A stretch of DNA of 63,342 nucleotides, filler included, from Octopus bimaculoides (lineage: Eukaryota), in assembly GCF_001194135.2 (NCBI RefSeq). It is 8 parts of 7 records of this genome, joined end to end, with 100 filler letters (N's around TTAATTAATTAA, not from the genome) between each part and the next. Parts side by side here need not be neighbours in the genome. Positions count along the whole stretch, not along the records: positions 20,962 to 25,646 come from NC_069010.1; positions 25,747 to 39,014 come from NC_068981.1; 6 more parts are not named here. One strand, written 5' to 3'. Below, in pieces: positions 24,380 to 36,326 of the stretch. The notes under the pieces were generated by a model. That model had not been told where the DNA came from, did not search any database, and worked only from the letters and a program-made list of their open reading frames with translations. How positions within the stretch are numbered: the first letter of the stretch is position 1; every line of letters begins with the position of its first letter. The position numbers were made by a program, and so were the translations under genes.

Positions 24380-24660
24380 ATATATATATATATAGATATG
24401 TATATATATATATGTGNNNNNNNNNNTATATATGTGTGTGTGTGTGTTTGTGTGTCTGTGTTTGTCCCCCCACAACGTCGCTTGACAACCGATGGTGGTG
24501 TGTTTACGTCCCCGTAACCTAGCGGTTCGGCAAAAAGAGACCGATAGAATAAGTACTAGGCTTGCAAAGAATAAGTCCTGGGGTCGATTTTCTCGACTAA
24601 AGGTGGTGCTCCAGCATGGCCACAGTCAAATGACTGAAACAAGTAAAAGAGTAAAGAGTA
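24182..24660 (+). mobile_element. Full-length SINE family B with internal (TA)n/(TG)n microsatellite
   Basis: tRNA-like head, CORE-like segment, internal SSR and conserved tail GACCGATAGAATAAGTACTAGG...GGGGTCGAT; similar copy at 54305-54680. Confidence 0.8.
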
Positions 24661-25215
24661 ATAGAATAACAATAAAATAAGCATATTAAGAAATATAACT
24701 AAGTTAGTCATGAATTCTGGCTCACTCTATATATTTTTAAACAAGCTCACTGGCTAATTGTCACCCCAGTTCCTGTTCTGGCACTGTTCTATATATCACT
24801 GATGGGGAGATGAGTTACTGCTATCTCTAGCGGTTGAGTGCCCATCATTGACAAGACCAAAGAAGGTCGAAATTAAGCATCAGCACTGGAGACTGTGGGG
24901 ATTTATCTCCCTGCTAGTGATATAAACAAGAGAGCATTTTGCACCAAAAGCCAATATGAGTTTCTCTCATGGTAAAAACTGCAGTATTGTTTTTTTTTAT
25001 ATAAGAATGTCCACATGTAAGTGGGGATAAATATTACCTAATTTAATTTAATCCTGTTAATTGTTCTTTCTTTGTTGTGTGTGCATGTATTTGTGGGCCC
25101 TCTTGTTGGTTTCTTTTATTCAGTTGTGTCTTATGTCTTTGACACCTGAGTAAATAATGGGTAACTATTTGGTTATAAATAGAAGAACCCAGGGTTGGGT
25201 TCAATATTCCGCCAG

Positions 25216-25261
25216 GACACCTGATGAAGGCTGGAGAGTAAATCAGATGAAAAGTCGTAGT
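25216..25261 (+). ncRNA. Minimal hammerhead motif, copy A (no tRNA head)
   Basis: GACAC-CTGATGA-A-GGCTG(GAGAGTAAAT)CAGAT-GAAA-A-GTC-GTAGT; intact core, damaged stems; the downstream tail is shared with copies B and C. Confidence 0.6.
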
Positions 25262-25340
25262 AACAACAAACAAGATGAGGACACATATCCGCCCAGTGTA
25301 AATAATGTATAAATATGCTTGTGTATATATTTCTGACAGT

Positions 25341-25646
25341 GGAGGTGTAATGGCCCAGTGGTTAGGGCAGCGGACTCATGGTCATAGGATCGCGGTTTCG
25401 ATTCGCAGACCGGGCATTGTGAGTGTTTATTGAGTGAAAACACCTAAAGCTCCACGAGGCTCTGGCAGGGGATGGTGGCGAACCCTGTTGTACTCTTCCA
25501 CCACAACTTTCTCTCACTCTTTCTCCCTGTTTCTGTTGTGCCTGTAATTCAAAGGGTCAGCCTTGTCACACTCTGTCATGCTGAATATCCCCGAGAACTA
25601 CGTTAAGGGTACATGTGTCTGTGGAGTGCTCAGCCACTTGCACGTT
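25341..25646 (+). mobile_element. tRNA-derived SINE family A, cut by segment end
   Basis: High identity to 36327-36716. Confidence 0.9.
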
Positions 25647-25746
25647 NNNNNNNNNNNNNNNNNNNNNNNNNNNNNNNNNNNNNNNNNNNNTTAATTAATT
25701 AANNNNNNNNNNNNNNNNNNNNNNNNNNNNNNNNNNNNNNNNNNNN
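25647..25746. other. Assembly join spacer
   Basis: TTAATTAATTAA at 25691-25702. Confidence 0.95.
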
Positions 25747-26811
25747 TATGCAATTGAATGTCTTTCTATGAGGAGAAAATATTGTTCTGTTGCATTTTGC
25801 TCACTTGCCCACCCACGTCATACATAAAACATGCATGTATACACACATACTTACATGTGCGTGTGCATGTATGTGTGTGTGTATGTGTGTGTAGGTGTGT
25901 GTATGTATACTTGCACATATGTGAGTTTGGAGGCATGTCGAGATGTGATCTCAAGTAGTTGAAAATACAGCAACATTATTTCTACTAGTCTGAAAAGAAA
26001 GATGCTATACAAACATACATATGTACTTATATGTGGGTGAAAATAAAAGCACGTATGTATGCATGTGTATCTATATATGTTTCCGTCTGTGTATGTATGG
26101 ATGTGTGTATTTATGTATATATATCGAAATACACTTACAAACACACACGTACAAACACGATTATCTAATCTATACATACATGTATATATAGAGACAAAGA
26201 GATAGAGAGAGAGAAAGAGAAAGAAAGCAGTAAGAAATGCTGGTGACAGTGAAAGAGTTAGGGATGAAATGCTTGTTATAGATGTAATGGAAAACAGTAA
26301 GACAAAGACAAGATAAAAAGATGATGAGAATAACCCAAAAAACTAACAACCAAATACACAGAAAAACTTTTCTTCACAACAGAGAAATGGTTTCCTCGAG
26401 GAAAATAAAATGTTGTTTCCAAAGTGAGTCATTGATTTATTTTTCTATCTTTTAATTTTTTCCAAAAGACTGACAAGCTAACCAGAATAAGAAATTCTAT
26501 TTAGGTGCAGCGGTAGACAATTATAGAATATATATAGCTATATGCAAATTTACATATGTATATATATATGAATATAATTATATGCATGTATTTATGTATG
26601 TATGTATATGTGCGCGAATGTGTGTGTGTGTATGTGTGTGTGTGTGTGGGCATGGTTGTGTTTAAGTATATGTATATATTCACATATACATACATACATG
26701 CATACATAATATAAGCATATATTTATTATATGTATGTATTATTTATATATGCATATAATATACATATAAAATATATATCCATCTATATGTACATATATAT
26801 GTTTGTATGTG

Positions 26812-26846
<35 letters not shown>

Positions 26847-27013
26847 CTATATACATAAAAAACCATTCGCCCCAAAATTATATATTTATATATATTATAT
26901 TTATATTGATATATGTACATACATATACACACATACACACACATATACAGAAATATATGCAGACACCCCCCCACCCATATGTCAGTATATCTCTCTATCA
27001 ATCAATTTCTCTA

Positions 27014-27090
<77 letters not shown>

Positions 27091-27156
27091 TTTATTTAAA
27101 AGCAGCAGAAATATAACAAAAAAACCGTTACTCTGAGTTTCACGTTCCCGTTCATC

Positions 27157-27245
<89 letters not shown>

Positions 27246-27789
27246 TATATATGTATGTGTATACATACATATATGTGATGGAAGCATGGTTGTATGGTTG
27301 AGAAATTTGCTTCATAATCATATGGTTTCTGTTTCAGTCCCACTCCGTGGCACTTTGAGTATGTCTTCTATTATAGCCATAGGCTGATTAAAGAATTATT
27401 AATGGATTTAGTGGTTGAAGACTAAAAGAAGCCAGCTATGTATTATATATAGATATGTGTGTGTATGTGTGTGTGTGTGTGCAGGCGTTTTTGTTTAGAT
27501 TTCTGCTTCTTTGAAAATTACTGAACTATAAGCTGTGGAGTTGTCATTTTCCCTCTAAACAAATCAACTTCAGGCTTTGTGCCTTCAGAGACCTGTTGAA
27601 TAAAGGATGAGTTATTTGAAAAACAAGAATGTATTAGTGACAGGAAAGGCATCCATCTGTAAAACAATGTCTCAACAATAGATTCATCTAACCCATATTC
27701 ATTATCATCATCATCATCATCATCGTCATCGTCATCGTCATCATCATCATCATCATCATCATCATCGTCATCGTCATCATTATCATCAT

Positions 27790-28110
27790 CATCAACATCA
27801 TCAACATCATGGTTTAACATCCGTTTTCTATGCTGGCATGGGTTTGACGGTTTGACTGAGGTCTGGAGAGCCAGCAGCTGCACCAGGCTCCAATCTATCT
27901 AGCAATGTTTCTACAGCTGGATTCCCTTTCTAACGCCAACCACTCTGAGAGTGTAGTGGGTGCTTTTTACATGCCACTGGCACAAGGTGCTTATTACATG
28001 CCACTAGCACTTTGATCACATTCAGATAGTGCTTTTTATATGTCGCTGGCATGGGGGCCTGTCAGGGAGTTCTGGTATTGACCACGTTCGATGGTGCTTT
28101 TTACGTGACA
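27790..28110 (-). mobile_element. RTE 3' UTR fragment with (GAT)n tail
   Basis: Reverse copy of the 56140-56510 tail; expanded (CAT)n at about 27703-27810. Confidence 0.75.
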
Positions 28111-28149
28111 TGCACACAGACAAAAACATATGATAATAATGATATATAT

Positions 28150-28790
28150 ATATATATCAAAACTGGGTATACGAGGCATCAGATGTAGCATGCACTGGTA
28201 TGGTCATGTAATGCATAAGAATTAAGACAGTTACATCATGAGATACTGAACTCTAATTGTAGAGGGAACATGTGCAAGGGGCAAACCCAGGAAAATGTGG
28301 GACGAAGTGGTGAGAAAGGATCTACAAATTTTAGGACTCACAGAGGGGATAACAGGGGACCAAGACTCTTGGGAGTTTGCTGTGGTTGAATAGACACATT
28401 AAGCTAAGTAATAGCATAGTTGTCCTTGCATACAGGCTTGTCCCCCGCATTATTCTCCAGCTGAGCATTTCTAACCTTGCAGGCTCATAGGTGCTGGTGC
28501 TATGTAAAAAGAATCCTTACTGGTGCCATGTAAATACACCTATGCTGGTGCTGTGTAAAAGGATCCAGTACGCTCTGTAAAATGGTTGGTGTTAGGAAGG
28601 ATATTGAGCTATAGAAATCATGCCAAAACAGACATGGAGCCTGGGCAGGCATTGAGACATAGAAATCATGCCAAAACAGACACAGGATCTGGGTAGATCT
28701 TCAGTTGAACAGCTCCTATCAAACTGTCCAAACTATGCCAACATGGAAAATGGATTTTAAATGATGATGAAGAGGATAATTTATCTATAT
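28150..28790 (+). mobile_element. RTE-type LINE 3' end (older)
   Basis: WYGHVM...EGTCARGKPRKMWDEVVRKDL and the shared 3' UTR. Confidence 0.75.
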
Positions 28791-28952
28791 ATGTATGAAT
28801 AAGGCAGCAAGCTGGCAGAATCATTGGCATGCAGGGCAAAATGTTTAGAGCCATTTCATCTGTCATAAGAGAAAAATTTATTAATTTTTCACTTTAAATA
28901 TATTTATTTATATTAAGGGCATTACAATACATAAATGTAAATAAATAAATGA

Positions 28953-28995
<43 letters not shown>

Positions 28996-29089
28996 TTTAA
29001 GTTCGCTTACGGGAGTAAGTTTTATGGGGTTCTGCTGAGCTGTGCCATTATAATGTAGGATACACATGGTGATAATAATAATAATAATG

Positions 29090-29356
29090 ATCCATGAATG
29101 GAATTTATAAATATTTTAATACATCACTGTGCATGTTTCCACAAGTTATGTGTTTCTGATGCTGATAGTCTGTATTCCTGTGATGATTACAGTACAATCT
29201 GTAATATCAATGGATATCAGGTGGATCTTACTCCATGGATATTACAGATTGTACTGTAATCACCTCAGGAATATGGACTATGATCATAAGAAACATGCAG
29301 CTTGTGGAAACATGTGTAGTGATGCATCAGAATATTTATAAATTCCATCCATGGAT
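29090..29356. repeat. Long gap-free inverted repeat (125-bp arms, 17-nt loop) inside (AAT)n/(ATT)n
   Basis: 29090-29214 vs reverse complement of 29232-29356: 106/125 identical, no indels. Confidence 0.95.
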
Positions 29357-29378
29357 TATTATTATTATTATTATTATT

Positions 29379-29414
<36 letters not shown>

Positions 29415-30240
29415 ATTATTATATTTTTATTATTATTATTATTATTTCTATCTGTATATAATGGGCTTCAAGTACCATACAGTGGAACTATATCCCAAAC
29501 CATGAGGGGTTGAAACTGAATTTCTTAATCACACTGCCTTTCCTGTGCCTATATGTGTGTATATGTGTGTGTGTATGTTTGATTGTGTGCATGTGTGTGT
29601 GATTGCATGTCTGATTGTGTGTGAGTGTGAGTGTGTGTGTATTCACTAGATTATTTCCATTTGAATTTTGTCTTCTTTTCATGTTATTTTACTTTCAGTA
29701 CAAGTGTGAAATTGATTATTTAGGCACATTTTACTAATTTTGTTAATTGTCTTTTACTTACTATTTTGTTTTAGGTTTGTTAAGAATAGGTTGATGGAAA
29801 GTAACATTCACATTTATAAACATAGAAGAAACATTTCTTTGCACAACTGTGATTCAACTTGGCATGTTATCATTTCTAAAAATGAGGCAGAACAATCAAA
29901 ATTTATAAAATTTAAATATACTTCTAATTTAATTAAAAATCAACAATTCAAACAGCCAAATGTCTGTGTAAGAATTTGAGCAACATTTATTTGTATAACA
30001 AAATTTGTCTATTAGCAGGAAGTAGTCTTTGGTGTGATGTATAGCATAAGATTCAGAGCAAAATGTGGGTGAGATAACAATTTATGTTTGGATTGCATTC
30101 CAATTTTCTGTTTGTAATTCAAGAAAGGCTACCTGTGAATGTTATTTTTGTATGTGAGATTCTTTGAGATGTGATACTAAGAACCAACAGTTAAGATAGG
30201 CCTATGTGAGTTTAATAATGTCAATATTTAAAGTTAAGTA

Positions 30241-30460
30241 AGGCAGTGAACTGACAAAACCATTTACACGTGGGGTAAAATGCTTAGTGCATTTTGTCCA
30301 TCTTCATGTTCTGAATACAAATTCCACTGAGGTGATGAATTTTGCCTTTTATCATTTTGCGATTGATAGAATAAGTACCAGTTGAGCATTGGGGGTCAAT
30401 GTAATTGACTTACTCCCTCCCATGAAATTGCTGGCCTTGTGCCAAAATTTGAAACCAATA
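30241..30460 (+). mobile_element. SINE family C, degenerate
   Basis: Homologous to 60298-60484. Confidence 0.7.
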
Positions 30461-30552
30461 TTTAGATTTAAATATATACCTCTAAAACATAGCTAAATAT
30501 CTGCAGTGAACTGGAATATGAAAATTATGAGTTTTTAACCAATAAAATATGT

Positions 30553-31198
30553 AGTTCTATATTTAAGAGATGAGGAATTATGTACATTATTCACATTATT
30601 TACAATTGACGGATATTTGTCCACATCTTGTTTGTTGTTGACACAAGGTTTCAGCTGATATACCCTCCAGCCTTCATCAGTTCTCATTCCTAAGGTATTT
30701 TTCGATGTTGTTGTTGTTATTATTATTATTGTTCAGTAGTTTTATTTTTATAACGTGTTTTCACTTCACTACCGAGCGCAGCTCTGTGTGCCTTGGGTAT
30801 GTGCTGTGGTTTGCTGTGATGCTCCTTTGGTTACTGTATTGAAAGTGTTTTGCATAGGATGTGTGCAGTTCCCAGTAGTGCAATTTTCTGTATGTTATAT
30901 ATATTTGTAAGTCCTGGTGTTTTTGTTATGTATTTGTCTGAATATTTTTTTATTATACCTAAGGCACCTACTATGATAGGAATTGTTTCTGTTTTTAGAT
31001 TCCACATTCGTGTTACCTCTATTTCCAGGTTTTTGTATTTTGAAAGTTTTTCCATTTCTTTTAGGGAAACGTTGTCATCTGCTGGTATTGATACATCAAT
31101 TAGAAAGCATTGTTTTTTCTCTATTATCATTATTATTATTATTCAAGTCACTGCCTGGAATTGAACTCGGAATCATGGGGTTAGTAGTCTGCACTCTT
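30553..31198 (-). mobile_element. tRNA-head/(AAT)n/hammerhead SINE-like element, left copy (interrupted by Dong)
   Basis: Head GGTTAAGAGTGCAGACTACTAACCCCATGATTCCGAGTTCAATTCC, then (AAT)n with a Dong insert, then ATCGAAAAATACCTTAGGAATGAGAA-CTGATGA...GAAA (hammerhead copy B at 30640-30685). Confidence 0.75.
30731..31122 (-). mobile_element. 5'-truncated Dong/R4 copy nested in the (AAT)n linker of the left SINE-like element
   Basis: CFLIDVSIPADDNVSLKEMEKLSKYKNLEIEVTRMWNLKTETIPIIVGALG (REL); same 3' end as 16447; (AAT)n on both sides. Confidence 0.9.
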
Positions 31199-31233
31199 AA
31201 CCCCATGATTCTAAGTTCGATTCCAAGCAGTGA

Positions 31234-31280
<47 letters not shown>

Positions 31281-31425
31281 GCAACAACAACATCGAAAAA
31301 TACCTTAGAAATGAGAACCCAGGTTCGAATTTTCCCCAAGACATCTGATGAAGGATGGAGGGTATATCAGCCGAAATGTGTTAGCAACAAAGAAGATATC
31401 CGTCAATTGTAAATAATGTACAATA
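31196..31425 (+). mobile_element. tRNA-head/(AAT)n/hammerhead SINE-like element, right copy
   Basis: TAACCCCATGATTCTAAGTTCGATTCC (box B), (AAT)n at 31238-31280, body, and hammerhead copy C GACAT-CTGATGA-A-GGATG..CAGCC-GAAA-TGTGTT at 31340-31382. Confidence 0.75.
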
Positions 31426-31618
31426 AAATATGTATTCAACATTTTAACTGCTCTGATTCTGTTGCAACGTATTTCTCATTGAAATACTTATTGAATACTG
31501 TATTTTCATATGTAGTGTCTAGTGTCAAGTGAACTGAGTGACATACATAACAGATGCAAAGATGTCAATGGTTATATGTAGTTCTTAGTTCAATACTCCG
31601 TGACCATACCCTCTCGAA

Positions 31619-31970
31619 CAGTGGTTCTCGACTAAGGTCCATATGGCCACTGAGGGCCCATTTAAGAGTTTTGGGGGTCCACACATCAAAATAGTAAATT
31701 AGAGATCCACAATTGTATTTTAAGGACCCCTGAAAAAAAATTTCGTTTTAGATGTATGTATTGGTATGTATTACAAAAGACAGCTAGGTTTCTTTCTTGA
31801 ACATTTTGCATAGTTCAATGTAAACAAATTAATATGTGAAAAACAAAATAGGAATTTTGAAAGATGTTTCTATAAAACTAGTTTATAAACATCGAATAGC
31901 TGTGGGTGGGGTCCATTAAAATAAAATAGTAATCAAATAGTCCATGGATAAAAGCGGTTGAAAACCCCAG
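31619..31970. mobile_element. hAT (Charlie-like) MITE, 352 bp
   Basis: TIRs CAGTGGTTCTCGAC / GGTTGAAAACCCCAG; 8-bp TSD CTCTCGAA (31611-18) / CTCTAGAA (31971-78), which fits the NTCTAGAN Charlie target preference. Confidence 0.8.
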
Positions 31971-34900
31971 CTCTAGAATAATGAATTCCAGGCAACATTA
32001 TTCTGTGTGTCACAAGATGGTAGAATAAGGATTAAGGGAGATTTAGTTGTTAATCCAAGCAGATCATGTGACCATGTAATTGTTCCCACATTGGTTTGCC
32101 GTTCGTCATAAATATTCTTTAAGATAAAGTGACAGACTGATGATGTTAATGAACTGTTGCTCAATATGTAAGGAAACTGCAAGGTCAGTCACCTGTCTTG
32201 ATGACAGATGATCACGATCTACAGCCACATAATGATACAGTTCTTAACTATTTATCCAATTTCTGAACGGTACTGTTTCAGTTTTCTTTTTCCTGTTCTT
32301 TACAAAATGTAATCAGCAATATACTTTATTGCTGTTTACCCCTCAAATGAACTCTCTCCCATAGATCTATGAAGGAAGGCATTCCAGCCATGGTTATCCT
32401 GTCCTTTCCCTTTTCAAGTAAACTTTTCTCCAAACTACATTATTGAATGAGTCTTTTTTTTTTTTATAAGGCAGTAAATCATGATTTTAGGAAAATTTTG
32501 CTATTATTTCTGGTAAATCAAGAAGTTCTCTCTTTGGCTTGCAACATTCTTTACCATAAACCCTGGTCAGTAAAGACAAGCCTAAGTTAGTGTAGCAATG
32601 TTGGTGTCCAGTTTGATGAGATCTGAGCATCACAAATGATAACAATCATGAATGGCCACCTTAGAGTGCATATTCTAGCAACTAAACTTTGTGGTTATTT
32701 TCTCATTGGACTAGTACATGTGGGCTGCATCACATATTAGAAATGCAAATTAGCAGTCATTAGCCAATTGTTACAATTTTGAGTCTGTAAGACCTAAGTG
32801 TAATGAAGTCATATCATATAGTACCAAACATCAAATCGCAGCCAAGGAATTATACCCAAACCATTGTGTTCAGATCGAAAGCAAACAGGATCTTGTTGGG
32901 GATTGATTATGTCATCAAACAAATAGCTATTTAGGATAATGTCACCAAACAAATAGTGATTAAGAACTTGTTTTTATCAATAGATGGGATGTATAGCAAA
33001 ATACACTGAACCCAGCAGATGCCTAACTCATTAGAATCCCAGCTGTCATAAACAACATATTGGAAATTCATAAACAATTTTGTCCTTCATGCCTTTTCCC
33101 TGACAGACCATTAATTATATTTAGGTTGTTTGTCTGGTAACTGACCAGTGGCTGTAACAGCTAAAGTTAGCTTGCTACAGGAACTTATGCCATTCAATTT
33201 GGCTCTGAAATTCTATATCAACAATCTACTAACCTTGCTGACATGCACATCTCTCATGGATACACACAAACTGATTCATTTGGTGAATATATCTCTTTCC
33301 TGTTGTTGCAACAACAACATCTTTTTTGTTAACAATAAATAAATATTTTTGTATTTGGACTTCACATAGGTTTGTGTTCTGTCAACCAACCAAATATTTT
33401 GTCATTACACTCATATTACCTTAATGTATTTAATTACTAATCAAAACAGAGTAATAAACATTGTACAGTGAAGCCTTTCACTTTAGTATTGCATTTCATG
33501 GTGTCATGTGTAAGAGCAGAGTGCAGTGAGATAGGGGAGAATAACAATGGTTATTCAGTCAAAATGTTAATATATCTTTAGGCAGCCATTTGAATGCTTC
33601 CTAACCCAAAGCAGAAGCATATTATTTGTTTGATTCTAATATATGCAGCTTGAAATTTCATTTAAAAGAGTTTTCTCGTGAAATATTCAGATGTAAATTG
33701 TTATTTTGACTATTTCATGATAAAACTGAAAATGTAGAAAGTTTTATGTCTTTCATAGCACATTTGGTGAAAGGGTTACTAAGTATTTTAGACAAGCAAT
33801 TTTGCCTTTAGCTTATTTTTTTTTTTAAATCAAGTATCTGTCAGTTTTCATTGTCTTAACTGCATTGCTAAATCTTGGTAATAGTTTCATTTAAATTGTG
33901 GTCTTCAGAAGGCTATAAAAAAGATTTCAATGATAGAACTATTTCAAAACCTTCAATTGTCAAATAAATAATTTAACCAGTAAAAAAAATATGAAATAAA
34001 ATGTAATTTAGAATAATATAGAATGTAAACATTGAATTATTCATCACTTCATAAAAAGAAGAAATAAAAAAAATAGGGAAACAGGTAAAAGAGAAAATGA
34101 AAGGGGAAAAATATTACAAAGAGAAGCCACATTAACAAAATAGCTGCTGAAAGAATTTCAATGAAGATTAGTTTGACGAAAAATTGGATAACTTTAAATT
34201 CATAAACAACCTGATACTAAATATTGATTGTGAGATATAGAAAAAAAATATTGTTGTTGTGATAAAGAAAATAGCAATTGTAGTCAATTTATTGAAGACA
34301 ATTTAGGAACCCAATTTAAGTACAGATCTGCTGTTGTGTTTAATAATATGTAATTTATCAAATTGAAGTGCTTTAAATATTATAATATTAAGAGATAAGA
34401 AAATAACTTTTTGAAGTTACAGGAAATTTTTAAAGTTTATTTTTAAAGATTAGATCTTTCTATAGAATACACTAAGAATATATTGTTGTCTGCAAGCTGG
34501 AGAAAGAGTAATGGGAGGTATATCGAGTTTGTTATTCAAGCAAATTCACTTATCAGAATGTTATTTGTTCCTGAGTAATCTGGGTTTTTTATTCAGTCAG
34601 ATATTTTAAATTAGTACAAGTATTTTTCTAGGCATTTACAACTTGCTTGCAAGCATTTAGAAGACCAGACTTCTCATTGAGAGATTTTAGGATCTCGTGA
34701 GGTGGTGATTCCAACTTCACTTGCCTAATGCATAGTTCCACCATTTGTTAGAGTGTATAGGTAAAAAACAAATGTTGCCCAGTAAACCACTAGAAGACAG
34801 AACATCTGGTGTATAAACTTTTATCTCCTTTTAGACGACCACAGATATTGGCATCTTGGAAGAATACATACAGGAATCAAAGTATTGGTTAACAATAACT

Positions 34901-35569
34901 CTTGAGCTTCTGTCTTTTCTTCTTATAGCCAAACCAAACAAAACTATAACTAAATACTCTGAAATGTCTATCACATGGAATAACAATAAATCTGCTTGAC
35001 AATTTTCCCTCCTGTTTGCAAACATTCATAAATTGTAGTTGAACATGGACCCTAGCTATTACCTATTATTACCTCCCAAAACATACATTTTGTTCTCTGG
35101 AGTACAAACCTCTCATCCCACGTCTAGAGTTCATCTTTGCTGTTCAGGCAACATCTTGCATTCAGTCTTCACTCCAAAAAATGGTGCCTGGATATATGGT
35201 AGAATATGATGTAAGGGAGATTTGCAATTATTTCTTGCAGTGAATGTCCATATAGAAGCCCAAGTCATAACACTCCTTTACATTAACATTATCATTACTC
35301 CTTTTGACTCCGTACTCTTTTCACACAGAGATTAATGGTGCAGCAGAATCTTTTATCATCTTGAACTTTCTACAACATTTGTACCATCCTTACACCTATT
35401 TTGAACAGCACAAACTCACAAAATAACTGCTTTCTTCTTCACTTTCAATGTATGTATGTCATTATTCAGTTTATTTCAAGACCTCTTGCCAAAATAGAAA
35501 GAACAAGTTTCTAAATATCCAAGGTTCCTTCATTGGAATTTCAGCATCAATAATAAGGTATTTTTGTTT

Positions 35570-35877
35570 GTATGTATGTATGTATGTATGTATGTATGTA
35601 TGTATGTATGTATGTATTTATGTATGTATGTATGTATGTATGTATGTATGTATGTGTGTGTGTATATGTGTATGTATGTATGGATGCATGTTTATATGTA
35701 ATGTATGAATGTATATATGTATGCATGCATGTATGTATAAATGCATGCATGTTTGTATGTATGTAATGTATATATGTATGTTATGTATGTATGAATGTAT
35801 GTATACATCTATGTTTGTATGCATGTAATGTATGTATATATGCATGTATGTAGATATGTATGCGTGCATGTTTGTTT
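35570..35877. repeat. (TATG)n degenerate microsatellite
   Basis: Direct inspection; ends at an N gap. Confidence 0.9.
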
Positions 35878-36015
35878 NNNNNNNNNNNNNNNNNNNNNNN
35901 NNNNNNNNNNNNNNNNNNNNNNNNNNNNNNNNNNNNNNNNNNNNNNNNNNNNNNNNNNNNNNNNNNNNNNNNNNNNNNNNNNNNNNNNNNNNNNNNNNNN
36001 NNNNNNNNNNNNNNN

Positions 36016-36057
<42 letters not shown>

Positions 36058-36326
36058 CATGTGTGCTTGTATGCATACTTGCATGCATGTATGCACAGGC
36101 TTCTTTGTAATTTCAGCTGAGCAATGAAAACCATGATCACTTTAAACAACTTCAATAGTTTATTATTCAATCTGCCACAGATCTGTAAGGAAAGCACTTG
36201 AGAAACACTGCTATGAGAACTCAACTTTATATTGGTTAGCTCTACACCATGTAGAAGGCTATCATGAAGTGCATATTGATATAGTTCTCATTTGGTGTTT
36301 TATATACTGCCTGTTGCTATTGTTAG

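Noticed and set aside
29255-29325. Hammerhead within the long hairpin arm (CTCAGGA...GAAACATGT)
   Set aside because: Both arms lack G5 and the stem I register is off by two bases.
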